Source: Candidatus Thorarchaeota archaeon (GTDB lineage Archaea > Asgardarchaeota > Thorarchaeia > Thorarchaeales > Thorarchaeaceae). From it: 29,849 nucleotides of DNA. Location: contig JAEOUG010000033.1 in NCBI GenBank assembly GCA_016839445.1, forward strand, positions 1 to 29,849. The letters run 5' to 3'. Positions 16,590 to 26,151 of this stretch are shown here, piece after piece; the first letter of the stretch is position 1, and every line of letters starts with the position of its first letter. The notes beneath the pieces are model-generated. The model did no database searches, was not told where the DNA came from, and was given only the letters and a program-made list of their open reading frames with translations. A program made the position numbers and the translations under genes.

Positions 16590-17930
16590 TTAGTCCTCCT
16601 GCTTCGAGCACTCTAGCACAATACCAAGAGGACGCAGTTCAGTATTCACTTTCTCTGCGGTTTCGTCACAGCTATTGCCCTTCCCCAGTAAGACATGTGC
16701 GAAGGACATCTGGAAGGGGGGTAAGAAGGAAACACCACTCGTCGCCAGCAGCCGGTCATATGACTCCTTTACTTCGCCATCCTTGAGAAAACCCTCCAAC
16801 TGACGAAGGCTTGTCCGGGTTTCAAGAAGCATCTGTGAGATCTTTTTCAGGAAAGACGGCTTGGGAACATTGACTGAAGCGCCATATAGCCGCTCCACAT
16901 TCTCCTCGAACCAAGATTGCATCCTTTCGACTGAATATACTGGAAGAATGATTGCAGTGGAATCGTCATCTTCTGTGGGAAGAATGCGAATGAGACCCCT
17001 CTTCTCCGCGGAAATAAGGAAGTCGGAGAATCGTCGATATCCGACCTCTTGGAAGTCGATTCCCTTCTCCTTGAGTTCAAGCCCAACCTCCATTACCGTG
17101 GCGGCGGTTCCAGACTCAAGATTTGACTCTGCAGTGAAAGATAGGAGCTGGAATGCGGTATCCAGTTCCTTTGTGAGCTCAACAGCCCGAGACGGCATCT
17201 TCCGGGGCAGGGTCAGAACCGTCCCAGGAAGATCACCTTCCATCTCGACGTAGCCCTGCGCCTGTGACCACTCCAAGAATTCATTCCACGAGGAGTATCC
17301 CAGTTCGTGCTCATCGAAATCAGGATTGAGCGACTTCATCACAATCTTCGCGTGACCAACGCCCGGCTTGCTCCCGGCCTTCACTATCTCACTCACGACC
17401 TGCTGCAACTGCACTGACGCAACGTGCCGTTGACGAACCAAGCTCTGAACTGAAACGTCGCAGTCCTCAGGTCTCACGCAATCCAAAGACGGTCTGAATG
17501 AGAAGATGTCGTTGTACATGCTGGCAAGATCCGGGAGGTCAGACGCAGTGATGACCGGATTGCTGATGAGCCATAGGTCTACACCCCGCTCCTTCAATGC
17601 TCCAGCAATCAATCTGAAGTCTCCATCACCTGTTATCAGAACGTAACGCTGAGTTTCGGGATAGTGTATCAAATGATCCAAGATGTACGAAGCCATTTTG
17701 ATGTCGGCCGCGTTGTCGCGGTTATCAGGGACGTGAATCAGATCGTAACCGAGTTTGTAGAGCTCCTCGGCCATCCTCCTTCGGGTATCCCAATCAGCAA
17801 AAGCATAGGCCTTTGCGACGCTTCCTGATTGTCTTATCCTCTCTGTCATGGCTCTGTGGGTCGCGCTCTCGTCGGAAACATTCTCCACGTCCCAGAAGAT
17901 GGATAGCTTTGCTGATTCAGATGGGGTCAT
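16590..17930 (-). CDS. NYN (PIN-like, LabA/DUF88) ribonuclease domain + two OST-HTH/LOTUS-like domains
   Basis: IFWDVENV, NAADIKM, LITGDGDF; LOTUS-like FDEHELGYSSWNEFL and FQEVGYRRFSDFL. Start taken at ATG 17930. Confidence 0.85.
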   Translation of the reverse strand: MTPSESAKLSIFWDVENVSDESATHRAMTERIRQSGSVAKAYAFADWDTRRRMAEELYKLGYDLIHVPDNRDNAADIKMASYILDHLIHYPETQRYVLITGDGDFRLIAGALKERGVDLWLISNPVITASDLPDLASMYNDIFSFRPSLDCVRPEDCDVSVQSLVRQRHVASVQLQQVVSEIVKAGSKPGVGHAKIVMKSLNPDFDEHELGYSSWNEFLEWSQAQGYVEMEGDLPGTVLTLPRKMPSRAVELTKELDTAFQLLSFTAESNLESGTAATVMEVGLELKEKGIDFQEVGYRRFSDFLISAEKRGLIRILPTEDDDSTAIILPVYSVERMQSWFEENVERLYGASVNVPKPSFLKKISQMLLETRTSLRQLEGFLKDGEVKESYDRLLATSGVSFLPPFQMSFAHVLLGKGNSCDETAEKVNTELRPLGIVLECSKQED

Positions 17931-18112
17931 ACCACCGGACCTCACTTGTCTTGCTGAGAGCATCCCTATAAGAATGTTCAAGGTGCCGCGTGAGAAGGGA
18001 CCGCCGGAAAGGCTATTTACAGACTGAATCCCACAGCCGGACCAATAGACACTGAAGTAGATTGGACCCTCACTAACACTCTCGAATCCAGAATCAGTGG
18101 AGAGAATGCCAG

Positions 18113-19516
18113 TTGGCCGACAAGTCGGACGGTACAGATGATAGACTAGTACTAGAAGAGAAGGAATACAGAATACTCCTGGAGGAGTTGCCCGAGGGCA
18201 TAGGCATCACAGACATGGATGAGAATCTTCTGTACGTAAACGACGCGTTTGCAGAGATGCTTGGATACAGACGGAAGGAACTCACTGGGAAGAACGTCAG
18301 AAACTTGGTCCCGACAGAGGAGAAGGATCGCCTTCAGAACGCCACATCTGACAGATCAAAGGGACTTAGGACTGCTTACAACCTAAGGATGCTGAGGAGT
18401 GATGGCAGTGAGATCATAGTTCGGGTGTCCGGAGTTCCTAGAAGAACACCAGAAGGTGAAGTCATAGGCACCATGGCAGTAGTCATAGATGTCACGAGAA
18501 GCGAGAAGACACAGGAGGAGCTCAGGAAACTGTCCAGAGCTGTTGAGCAGAGCCCAACTTCTGTAGTGATCACAAATGCTGATGGAACTATAGAATACGT
18601 GAATCCTAAGTTCACAGAACTGACAGGGTATACTGAAGAGGAGGCCATCGGGCAGAACCCAAGAATTCTGAAATCCGGACTGACACCTGAAGAAACCTTC
18701 GTCAGTCTATGGAATGAGATAACTGCTGGAAGAGAGTGGAGGGGCGTGCTCATAAACAAGAAGAAGAATAGGGATATCTACTACGAAGATGCATGGATCT
18801 CTCCGATTACTCGTGATGACGGTACAGTCACACACTATGTTGCTGTCAAACAGGACATCTCTCGAAGATTGGAGGCAGAGAAGAGGCTACAGCTGACCCT
18901 TCAGGATCTTGAGCTGTACAATTCCCTTCTTCAGCATGATTTGCGAAACGACCTGCAGATACTGAATAATCACGTTGAGGCGGCACTCATGTTCTCAGAG
19001 CCAAGGACCGCGCCGTACGAGTACCTGGAAACGGCCGAGGGCGTGGCAGAGAGAATGGTTCGACTCCTTGATGTGTTTGGCAGACCCGAGTCTGAGGAAC
19101 GGGACCTCCGGAGAATCATAGAGCAGGCCACGAATCATGCAAAGAAGGCGCACCCAAAGCTCGTCGTGAGTGTGCAGTCAGAAGCAGATAGCACCATGCT
19201 TCTCAATTCCAAGCTGCTGCCCCTGGTCTTTGACAATCTCCTAAGGAATTCCGTTGAGTTCGGGAAGGAAGAGGTAGAGGTCTCCATACGGCTGACACCG
19301 GAAGGAAACAGAGTTGCAGTCACATACAGTGACAATGGGCCCGGAATCCCTGCGGAGGTGCGATCGATGCTCTTCGAGAGAGGCGCCTCTACTACTGGTG
19401 GTGGGTATGGTCTGTATCTCAGCAAGAAGGTTGTGGAGGCATACGGGGGCACCATCGAACTGATGGACGGGCACGAAGTAGGAGCTACATTCAGGATAGT
19501 GCTGCCGCTCTCTTGA
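18113..19516 (+). CDS. Cytoplasmic PAS-PAS sensor histidine kinase
   Basis: Two PAS/PAC domains (YVNDAFAEMLGY; YVNPKFTELTGY), H-box HDLRN, N-box DNLLRNS, G1 DNGPGI, G2 GYGLY; no TM segment. Confidence 0.93.
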   Translation: MADKSDGTDDRLVLEEKEYRILLEELPEGIGITDMDENLLYVNDAFAEMLGYRRKELTGKNVRNLVPTEEKDRLQNATSDRSKGLRTAYNLRMLRSDGSEIIVRVSGVPRRTPEGEVIGTMAVVIDVTRSEKTQEELRKLSRAVEQSPTSVVITNADGTIEYVNPKFTELTGYTEEEAIGQNPRILKSGLTPEETFVSLWNEITAGREWRGVLINKKKNRDIYYEDAWISPITRDDGTVTHYVAVKQDISRRLEAEKRLQLTLQDLELYNSLLQHDLRNDLQILNNHVEAALMFSEPRTAPYEYLETAEGVAERMVRLLDVFGRPESEERDLRRIIEQATNHAKKAHPKLVVSVQSEADSTMLLNSKLLPLVFDNLLRNSVEFGKEEVEVSIRLTPEGNRVAVTYSDNGPGIPAEVRSMLFERGASTTGGGYGLYLSKKVVEAYGGTIELMDGHEVGATFRIVLPLS

Positions 19517-19531
19517 TTTCGAAGATGTTGC

Positions 19532-21010
19532 TTGAAACAGCCGCCTCATATGCAGCTCTGTGCGAAGCTCGATGGGGTGACCTACCTGGGAGATCCTGAC
19601 CGCTTGCCACTTGTCTCAGAGGAACCATTGACCGATGAAGAGACTCCAACGGCGGAGGAGCCTGAAGCGCCTTCATCGTGGGCAGACGCGGTCAGGAAGA
19701 CGGTCTCGAACAAGAACTTCTCAATATTCCTCCTGACTTCATGGATCTACTCCAGTGTCCAAGTTGTCAACAGGTACTTCCCAATCTATCTGCGTGACAT
19801 CAATGTCACGTATGTCTTCGTTGGACTTCTCGTTGCAGTCCTCGCAGGCGTGCAGCTCCTAGGGGAATTCACCTCGGGATACCTGGCGGACAACTATGAC
19901 CGTCGGAAGTTGGCTGCACTCACTATGGCGATTAACGCTGTGGCCTACTTCATTCTGTCCATCGCAAGAGACGTCTGGCTTGTGGCTCTCGCGTTTGTCG
20001 TCTTCGGAGTGTCCGCGTTCCCTGGAAAAGGTGGTACAGCCTACATCTTGGAGCAGATTGACAGACGCCATGGTGGAGTCGCTGTGAGTCTCTTCACCTT
20101 GGGCACTGTCTTTGGTTTGATACCGCTCTACGTTGTTGGGATTCTGCTTGGCGCGGGGCTGATATTTGAGGAAGCCATGCGAGCGATGTTCTTCTTCTCG
20201 GCAATCGCCTATGTGGTCTGCGCACTTGTCAGGATTGTATGGTTGGACTCGACTACAAGCCACGTTCGCGCAAAGGGAGACGGGGGCATCTTGAGGGACT
20301 TCCTCTCGGAGAACTTCCGAGGCGTCAAGCTGCTCCTGAAGGTCTTCCCGGTTTTCATCGCAATCATGTGTCTGGATGCCCTCAGTGACACTTTCTATGG
20401 ATTCTCCTCGCTCTACTTCGTGAACGAGACCCTCAGCTTCGGCATAGCAGATATCAATCTGATGCTAATCTTGACACTGCTGATTTCGATTCCTCTGACG
20501 CTCATTGTCGGTCGCGTATTTGACAAGCATGGAGGAAGACGCCTTACAATCGTAGTTTACTCAGTTATGCCGGTGGCAATTGGATTGCTGGTCGTTGCCC
20601 AGACTATAGAGTATGTTGCCCCTCAGTCGTGGCTCGATGCAGCGGAATCGATTTTTCCAGGACTAAGTGTGGTCTTCTCCCTGGCGTTCATTGCAACAGC
20701 AATGAAGTCCATCAATGACGTGCTTTGGTTTACCGTAATTGACACGTACATCCAGAAGTCGTTGCCACGTCAGGATCTTGGTAAGATGCTGAGTCTTTCA
20801 GCGGTCTTTGTACTAGCGTTTGTCACAGTCGGGAATGTTCCTGCAGGACTCATCTACGAGACGTTCCAGGGAGCCCCGCTTCTGCTCATGGCCCTAGGTA
20901 TCAACTTCGTCATTCTCTTCTTGCTAGCGACCAAGAGCATCGATCCGCGTGTTTCTGTGGAGGAGTTGGAGTCAGAGCTAGACCAGAGGAACTCTCCCAG
21001 TCTCCAGTAG
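19532..21010 (+). CDS. MFS transporter
   Basis: About 12 hydrophobic segments, motif A GYLADNYDRRK and GRVFDKHGGRR. True start may be TTG 19628 after SD-like GAGGA. Confidence 0.88.
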   Translation: MKQPPHMQLCAKLDGVTYLGDPDRLPLVSEEPLTDEETPTAEEPEAPSSWADAVRKTVSNKNFSIFLLTSWIYSSVQVVNRYFPIYLRDINVTYVFVGLLVAVLAGVQLLGEFTSGYLADNYDRRKLAALTMAINAVAYFILSIARDVWLVALAFVVFGVSAFPGKGGTAYILEQIDRRHGGVAVSLFTLGTVFGLIPLYVVGILLGAGLIFEEAMRAMFFFSAIAYVVCALVRIVWLDSTTSHVRAKGDGGILRDFLSENFRGVKLLLKVFPVFIAIMCLDALSDTFYGFSSLYFVNETLSFGIADINLMLILTLLISIPLTLIVGRVFDKHGGRRLTIVVYSVMPVAIGLLVVAQTIEYVAPQSWLDAAESIFPGLSVVFSLAFIATAMKSINDVLWFTVIDTYIQKSLPRQDLGKMLSLSAVFVLAFVTVGNVPAGLIYETFQGAPLLLMALGINFVILFLLATKSIDPRVSVEELESELDQRNSPSLQ

Positions 21011-21073
21011 ACACTTCATGGTCATCTGAGCTGCCCGACTCCTTAATAGGAGATTTGGGCTAACACCAAGGGG

Positions 21074-22635
21074 GTGTTCTCAGTGCGTGTCAATCTAGCT
21101 GCACTTCTCCTGTTCTTTGTCCTTGTTATGCCAATCCCGCTGGGCCAGGTCAGCTACACGGCTCCAGAATCCAGCGCGCTAAGCTCAGTGTCCTTCCCCG
21201 CTGAAGATCCGATATTCATCAGGGGCCAACCGTTCACATGGTTACCAACAGCTCGGCACTAATCTTCTGGAAGACTGAGAGTCTCACCAATGCAACAGTC
21301 AGCTACGGTCTCAATACTTCACTACTTGAGTCTGAGAGCAACACAACCCTTGATACTCAGCATCGAATCCAGCTAGACGGACTCAATATCGATTCAAAGT
21401 ACTACTACAGAGTAACCACAAACGGGACAGAGAGTGAGACCTATCACTTCAGAACAGCTCCGCCGGATGGCGGAGAATTCAAGATGATCATCATTGGGGA
21501 CAACCGTCCTCACTCGGTAATCACGGAGCAGCCAGAGGAATACAAGCAGTTTGTACAGATGATTGCTGCCGAAGAGCCTCACATTATCATACACTCAGGA
21601 GACTGTGTTCTGGATGTCAGTGATAACCACGAGGCAAACCTCCTCTCTTGGGAGGCATTCAACAACGTAACCGATGGCATGGGGCACTATGCACCCATTT
21701 ACGCTGCCATCGGCAATCATGACACGGGCTCCAAGACAGGCGCACGCCTTCTTGAGTACTTCTTCGATGCCTTTGAGCAGTACGGAGAACCATCGACGTA
21801 CTACTCCTTCGACTATGCAGGAGTACACATCACGGTTCTAGATACTGAGGAGTTGGGATACGAGGGGCGCATAGTGGGCGACCAGTACGACTGGATGGTG
21901 AACGACCTAGAGAGCTCGAACCGCGAGATGAAGTTCGTGGTAGCTCATCGCCCGATGTACCCGCTAACTCACATCGGTGATTCCCTTGATAGTGTGCCCG
22001 CAGAGCGGGATGCGCTTCAACAGATCTTCGAGGATCATAATGTAAGCCTCTTCATATGTGGTCACGACCACCTCTACAATAGGATGACTGTGAATGGAGT
22101 TGTTCACATAATCTCGGGAGGTGGAGGAGGTCCCCTCTACAGCACCCCATGGGCCGTCGGGTTCTACCACTACATGAGTTCAAACGTCAGTCAAAGCGAA
22201 GTGAGCCTTGCAGCCATTTCCCTCTCAGGAACGACACGAGACAGCTACAGATTGCCTTACGAGGGCCCAATCGAGATCTTCTTGCGAGCGATAGCCAACA
22301 CAAGCACGCATCAGATCGGGACTATGCCTGAGATATACTTCAGCGCGAGGCCCTCTCAGAAGTACTTCTCTTGGGACTCTGGCGGGAACCAGACAGACTT
22401 GACGGGAATTCCGGATACAAACGGTCTCCACACGCTGGATGTATACGCAAACGACTCAGAGGATGTATGGAGTAGTGCGTACTTCGAGTTCACAGCAGTA
22501 GGAGAGGTCATCACAACGACAACTACCACCGGAACAGGCAACGGTATGGACCCATTGCTCATCTTCGGCTCCTTGGCAGTTGCTGGCGTGGTTGTAGTCC
22601 TGATCGTTGTCTTCTGGCACAAACGAGGGAAGTAG
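21074..22635 (+). pseudogene. Secreted, C-terminally anchored FN3 + purple-acid-phosphatase-like metallophosphoesterase, split by a -1 frameshift near 21222-21225 (or assembly error)
   Basis: ORF 21074..21262 carries the signal peptide. ORF 21238..22635 carries FN3 (ALIFWKT..VSYG..YYYRV), GDNR, GDCV, GNHD, HRP, GHDH, a Thr-rich linker, a TM helix and a basic tail. One extra G in AGGGGCCA joins them as ...IFIRGPTVHMVTNSS. Confidence 0.75.
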
Positions 22636-22737
22636 AAACAAGGCGGTTCAAGCACGGGCCACGAATCATGCCAGCTCATACATTCCGAGTGTATGTGATA
22701 AGAAGGCACCGGAGTCATTAGGATCAGAGGCGACGTC

Positions 22738-23049
22738 ATGGAAGTAGACAGTCTTGCTACACCTTGTCTGCTCTACTGCGGATCCTGCAGATTCTTGATG
22801 ACCGGAGTATGCCAAGGATGTGGGACAACCAGCCGAATGGAGTGCGAAATCTATCATTGTTGCAGACAAGAGAAGCAACTAGACTTCTGTACAAGATGTG
22901 CAGACTTCCCTTGTGAGAAGATCAGCAAGAGCATAGGCGTTCATCCGAATTGGCTCGCAGAACAAGCTTCCTTGCCGCTAGTGAAGAGAAGAAACACTCC
23001 ATGCAGGACCAGATACCCTAGCTACTATGGATTCACTGCTGTTTACTGA
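22738..23049 (+). CDS. Cys-rich DUF3795-like protein
   Basis: PCLLYCGSC...CQGC...CEIYHCC...FCTRCADFPC spacing. Confidence 0.8.
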   Translation: MEVDSLATPCLLYCGSCRFLMTGVCQGCGTTSRMECEIYHCCRQEKQLDFCTRCADFPCEKISKSIGVHPNWLAEQASLPLVKRRNTPCRTRYPSYYGFTAVY

Positions 23050-23062
23050 TGCAGTGAGAAGG

Positions 23063-24316
23063 CTAGGAAACCAACAGAAGGAAGACCACGTAGACAAGAG
23101 ACTGGATAATCGTCAGGGGAATCCCAACTCTCGCGAAGTCCACAAATGAGAGACTCTCACCCTGCCTCTCTGCATTCTGGATTATTATGACATTACTGGC
23201 TGCGCCAAGAATCAACATATTCCCGGCCAGCGTGCTTCCCACAGCAAGAGTCAGCATCTGTATTCCAGAGGTCTCTACTGAGGCCAGCATCGGGAGATAG
23301 AGAGCTACGAGGGGCACATTGGAGATTAGCTGACTCAGGGTCAGTCCAATGAGCAATATCGACTGAACTGCGGTCACATCTATGTTGAGGCTGACGAATA
23401 GATCCTGAAACACGCCGCTATTCCACACGCTCGCCATTAGGATGAACATAGAGGCAAAGAAGACGAGCGTGGGCCAGTCGATGTTCCTGACAATCTCCCG
23501 TCTCCTCCCGCTAAGAAGGACAATCGGCAGTGCCGCTGCCAGCGCAATATAGGACAGTCTCATCTCAATCAATGGAGCCAGAGCAGCTAGGGCAATCTTC
23601 ACTCCTATTAGCAGAAGGATTGTGATGAGAGAGATCTTCGATAGGGCGACAAGACGAACGTCCGTGGGTCCGTTCTCTTCTTCGACATCCGTTAGCGGCT
23701 TTCTGAACTCTGAGCGATAGAAGGCGCGTAGCAGGACAAAAGCCACTCCAAGACTGATAAGGGTAGGAACAGAGAGGTATAGGAAGAACGAGACGAAGGG
23801 GCTCGTGAAGCCTCCAGATGTAGCCACGAGTAGGTTCTGCGGATTGCCTATTGGACTCATCACGCTCCCGGTCGTCACGGCAACTGCAAGAGTCATCAAC
23901 AGGAGTCTTGGGGAGAGATTATGATGCTTCGCAAGCGCTAACACCACGGGTGTTCCAACAATCGCCAGAGTGTCGTTCATTAACAGAGCTGACAACAGAC
24001 CAAATGCGAACAGGGAGATGAGCACCATGTGATTCACGCTCTTGGCACCACGGAAGAGACGGCGCGAGAGCATCCTGAGGTAGCCGCTCTTCTGCATGGA
24101 CTCACCGACCACAAACATCCCGAAGAGGAAGAGCATGACATCATAGTTGATGGAGAACACAGCATCAATCGGAGAGATCTGAAGAGTGAGGAGCACGGCT
24201 ACTGCACCGATGGTCATAGCCTGCCAGATCTTGACCCTGAAGTTGCCGACCTTCCTGAATACAATCAGGAGGAAGACGACTGCCAGTACGATTACAGGGA
24301 TGTATCCGTTTGCCAT
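23063..24316 (-). CDS. ArsB/NhaD (ion transporter superfamily) anion permease, YbiR-like
   Basis: SALLMND, GSVMSPIGNPQN, SQLISNVP, STLAGN..ILGAASN; many TM segments. Confidence 0.9.
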   Translation of the reverse strand: MANGYIPVIVLAVVFLLIVFRKVGNFRVKIWQAMTIGAVAVLLTLQISPIDAVFSINYDVMLFLFGMFVVGESMQKSGYLRMLSRRLFRGAKSVNHMVLISLFAFGLLSALLMNDTLAIVGTPVVLALAKHHNLSPRLLLMTLAVAVTTGSVMSPIGNPQNLLVATSGGFTSPFVSFFLYLSVPTLISLGVAFVLLRAFYRSEFRKPLTDVEEENGPTDVRLVALSKISLITILLLIGVKIALAALAPLIEMRLSYIALAAALPIVLLSGRRREIVRNIDWPTLVFFASMFILMASVWNSGVFQDLFVSLNIDVTAVQSILLIGLTLSQLISNVPLVALYLPMLASVETSGIQMLTLAVGSTLAGNMLILGAASNVIIIQNAERQGESLSFVDFARVGIPLTIIQSLVYVVFLLLVS

Positions 24317-24590
24317 GACAAGACCTCGATGCGACTTCTTGAGCCGGTTTGATGCCGGACATTGAACTACCCTCCTGTGGGAAAAGAGAGGAAAGGAATT
24401 CTGCTTCGGCAGTGGATTCTGAGTTTCTCAGCACTATTTCTCCATTTTGAAAGAGACCTGTCACCTCAGTGTGGGTTCTGCAGTATCTCAGTGCGAGTGC
24501 GGCTTCGAACGCATGGCCAAATCGCGTAGATGGCCCTGCTTATATGGAATGACAATCGTGGAGCGCACGATTTCAAGAGTGGTGAGCAGG

Positions 24591-25619
24591 TTGAGCGAGA
24601 TAACCTACCGGACCTTCCTCCGAAGAGTAAGGGAGATTGCAGACAAGACACTGGAGGCCTATGGACTGGATCATCTTAGACCTGAGTTCATCACCTACAC
24701 TGGAAACGGTCTATACAGAATCACTGTTGGACCTGGAGAGAGGATCCCAGCGGGAAGGTATGCTCTCAGAGTACACCAGCCCAACTACATGAAACCAGAA
24801 TACATTGATTCTGAGCTAGACTGGCTAGAAGCGCTCACCGAATATGGTCTACGCGTCCCAAGACCCATCAGGAACCTGAATGACGACTGGATTACAGTCA
24901 CTGATCTAGGCTATGACGTACCACAGAAACGCAACTGCACGATTGTTGGATGGACAGAGGGAAGGCTGCTCCGCAAGGGAGTCCGCCCGAAGCACTTCAG
25001 GTCGCTGGGCCGAGTGATGGGAGAAATGCACAATCAGGCGAGAGCTTGGAAGGCCCCGAAGAGATTCGCACGGCCAGCCTGGGACTGGGAGGGCTTGTTT
25101 GGCGATGGATTCGGATATGGGGTATCTGCTTCAGACGCACATGAGGCGATTCCGAAGAAGTACCAAGACTCCTTCAACAGGGCTCTCACTCTCGTTCGTG
25201 ATGCCACGGATCAGATGGGCAAGGGCAAGGACGTGTATGGTGTAATCCATGCAGACCTTGGACTGGGTGACAACGTCGTCTTCAATCAAGGAGAAGCGCG
25301 TCCCTTCGATTTCGACGACTGTGGCTTTGGATACTGGATCTTCGATTTCGCAGTTCTGCTGAGTCAGTACATGATGGACTCACATGACTTGTCAAGTACA
25401 ATGAGAGATTCCTTGCTTGAGGGATACTCCGATACTGCGCAGGCTCACGACATAGGCATGGAGTTTCTTGACACATTCATGGTGGCACGAATTGCCCAGC
25501 TCGTCTACTTCTGGCAGGCATCTGGGCTGGCGAATCCACGACATATCGATCAGGCCAGACCCGAAATCGAGGCATATGGCAAGTTTCTGAAACATCTCCT
25601 CAAGGGGATGGGTGTTTGA
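24591..25619 (+). CDS. Aminoglycoside phosphotransferase / SrkA(RdoA)-like kinase family
   Basis: YALRVH, SELDWL, Brenner-like IHADL, FDFDDCG. Start set at in-frame TTG 24591 after SD GGTGAG, with TATA-like CTTATATG at 24539-24546. Confidence 0.85.
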   Translation: MSEITYRTFLRRVREIADKTLEAYGLDHLRPEFITYTGNGLYRITVGPGERIPAGRYALRVHQPNYMKPEYIDSELDWLEALTEYGLRVPRPIRNLNDDWITVTDLGYDVPQKRNCTIVGWTEGRLLRKGVRPKHFRSLGRVMGEMHNQARAWKAPKRFARPAWDWEGLFGDGFGYGVSASDAHEAIPKKYQDSFNRALTLVRDATDQMGKGKDVYGVIHADLGLGDNVVFNQGEARPFDFDDCGFGYWIFDFAVLLSQYMMDSHDLSSTMRDSLLEGYSDTAQAHDIGMEFLDTFMVARIAQLVYFWQASGLANPRHIDQARPEIEAYGKFLKHLLKGMGV

Positions 25620-25800
25620 AAAAGTGATGCGTGGCGTCCCACTGAGTCTGAACATCGAGCAAGACAAGGCCCACAGCCCGAGGTCTATCTCTCTCGGCTC
25701 CAAGATATGCGTGAGGAGGAGACCCATTCTCTGAAAACAGGGGAAGAAGGAGGCATTGGGGCCGACCTTCAGACACTCTCCGTGGAACCAGCTATTGCGG

Positions 25801-25992
25801 TCAATCTTCGAAGAGTGCATTGCCCACCAGCAAGAAGCCAGCAAAGCACAGCAGTAGACCAGTCCCTCCGAAGTTGAGCAAAAGCCCAAGACCTCCGGTG
25901 CCCGCACTGCCGAGTATTGCGATACCGAGAGGGATTATGCCAGCCATAACCAGTAGTCCTCCAAGTGCGAACCTTGTATCTCGCGCGACCAA
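25801..25992 (-). CDS. Small hypothetical membrane protein (2 TM)
   Basis: In-frame TTG 25992 after SD-like GAGGT; two Gly/Leu-rich hydrophobic helices. Confidence 0.55.
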   Translation of the reverse strand: MVARDTRFALGGLLVMAGIIPLGIAILGSAGTGGLGLLLNFGGTGLLLCFAGFLLVGNALFED

Positions 25993-26094
25993 GCCACTTA
26001 CCTCACAACACAAAATACGCAAGTGGATATGAACTATGCTAGAAGACACAGAAGCCCCTATCCCCGATGGAAGAGCAGCAAGAAGAGCTAGCAG

Positions 26095-26138
26095 GCTAAA
26101 GAAAGAGAGAGCGAAGGGGGCATTGCAGCCCGCCTTCG
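26095..26138 (-). terminator. Putative terminator of the actin transcript
   Basis: Stem CGAAGG-GGGC/GCCC-G-CCTTCG (26112-26138) just after the actin stop, followed on the minus strand by the pyrimidine tract CTCTCTCTTTCTTT. Confidence 0.5.
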
Positions 26139-26151
26139 GAAACTAACGGTA

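Noticed and set aside
22511-22531. ACN repeat run
   Set aside because: It encodes the poly-Thr linker before the membrane anchor with varied codons; it is not a DNA repeat element.
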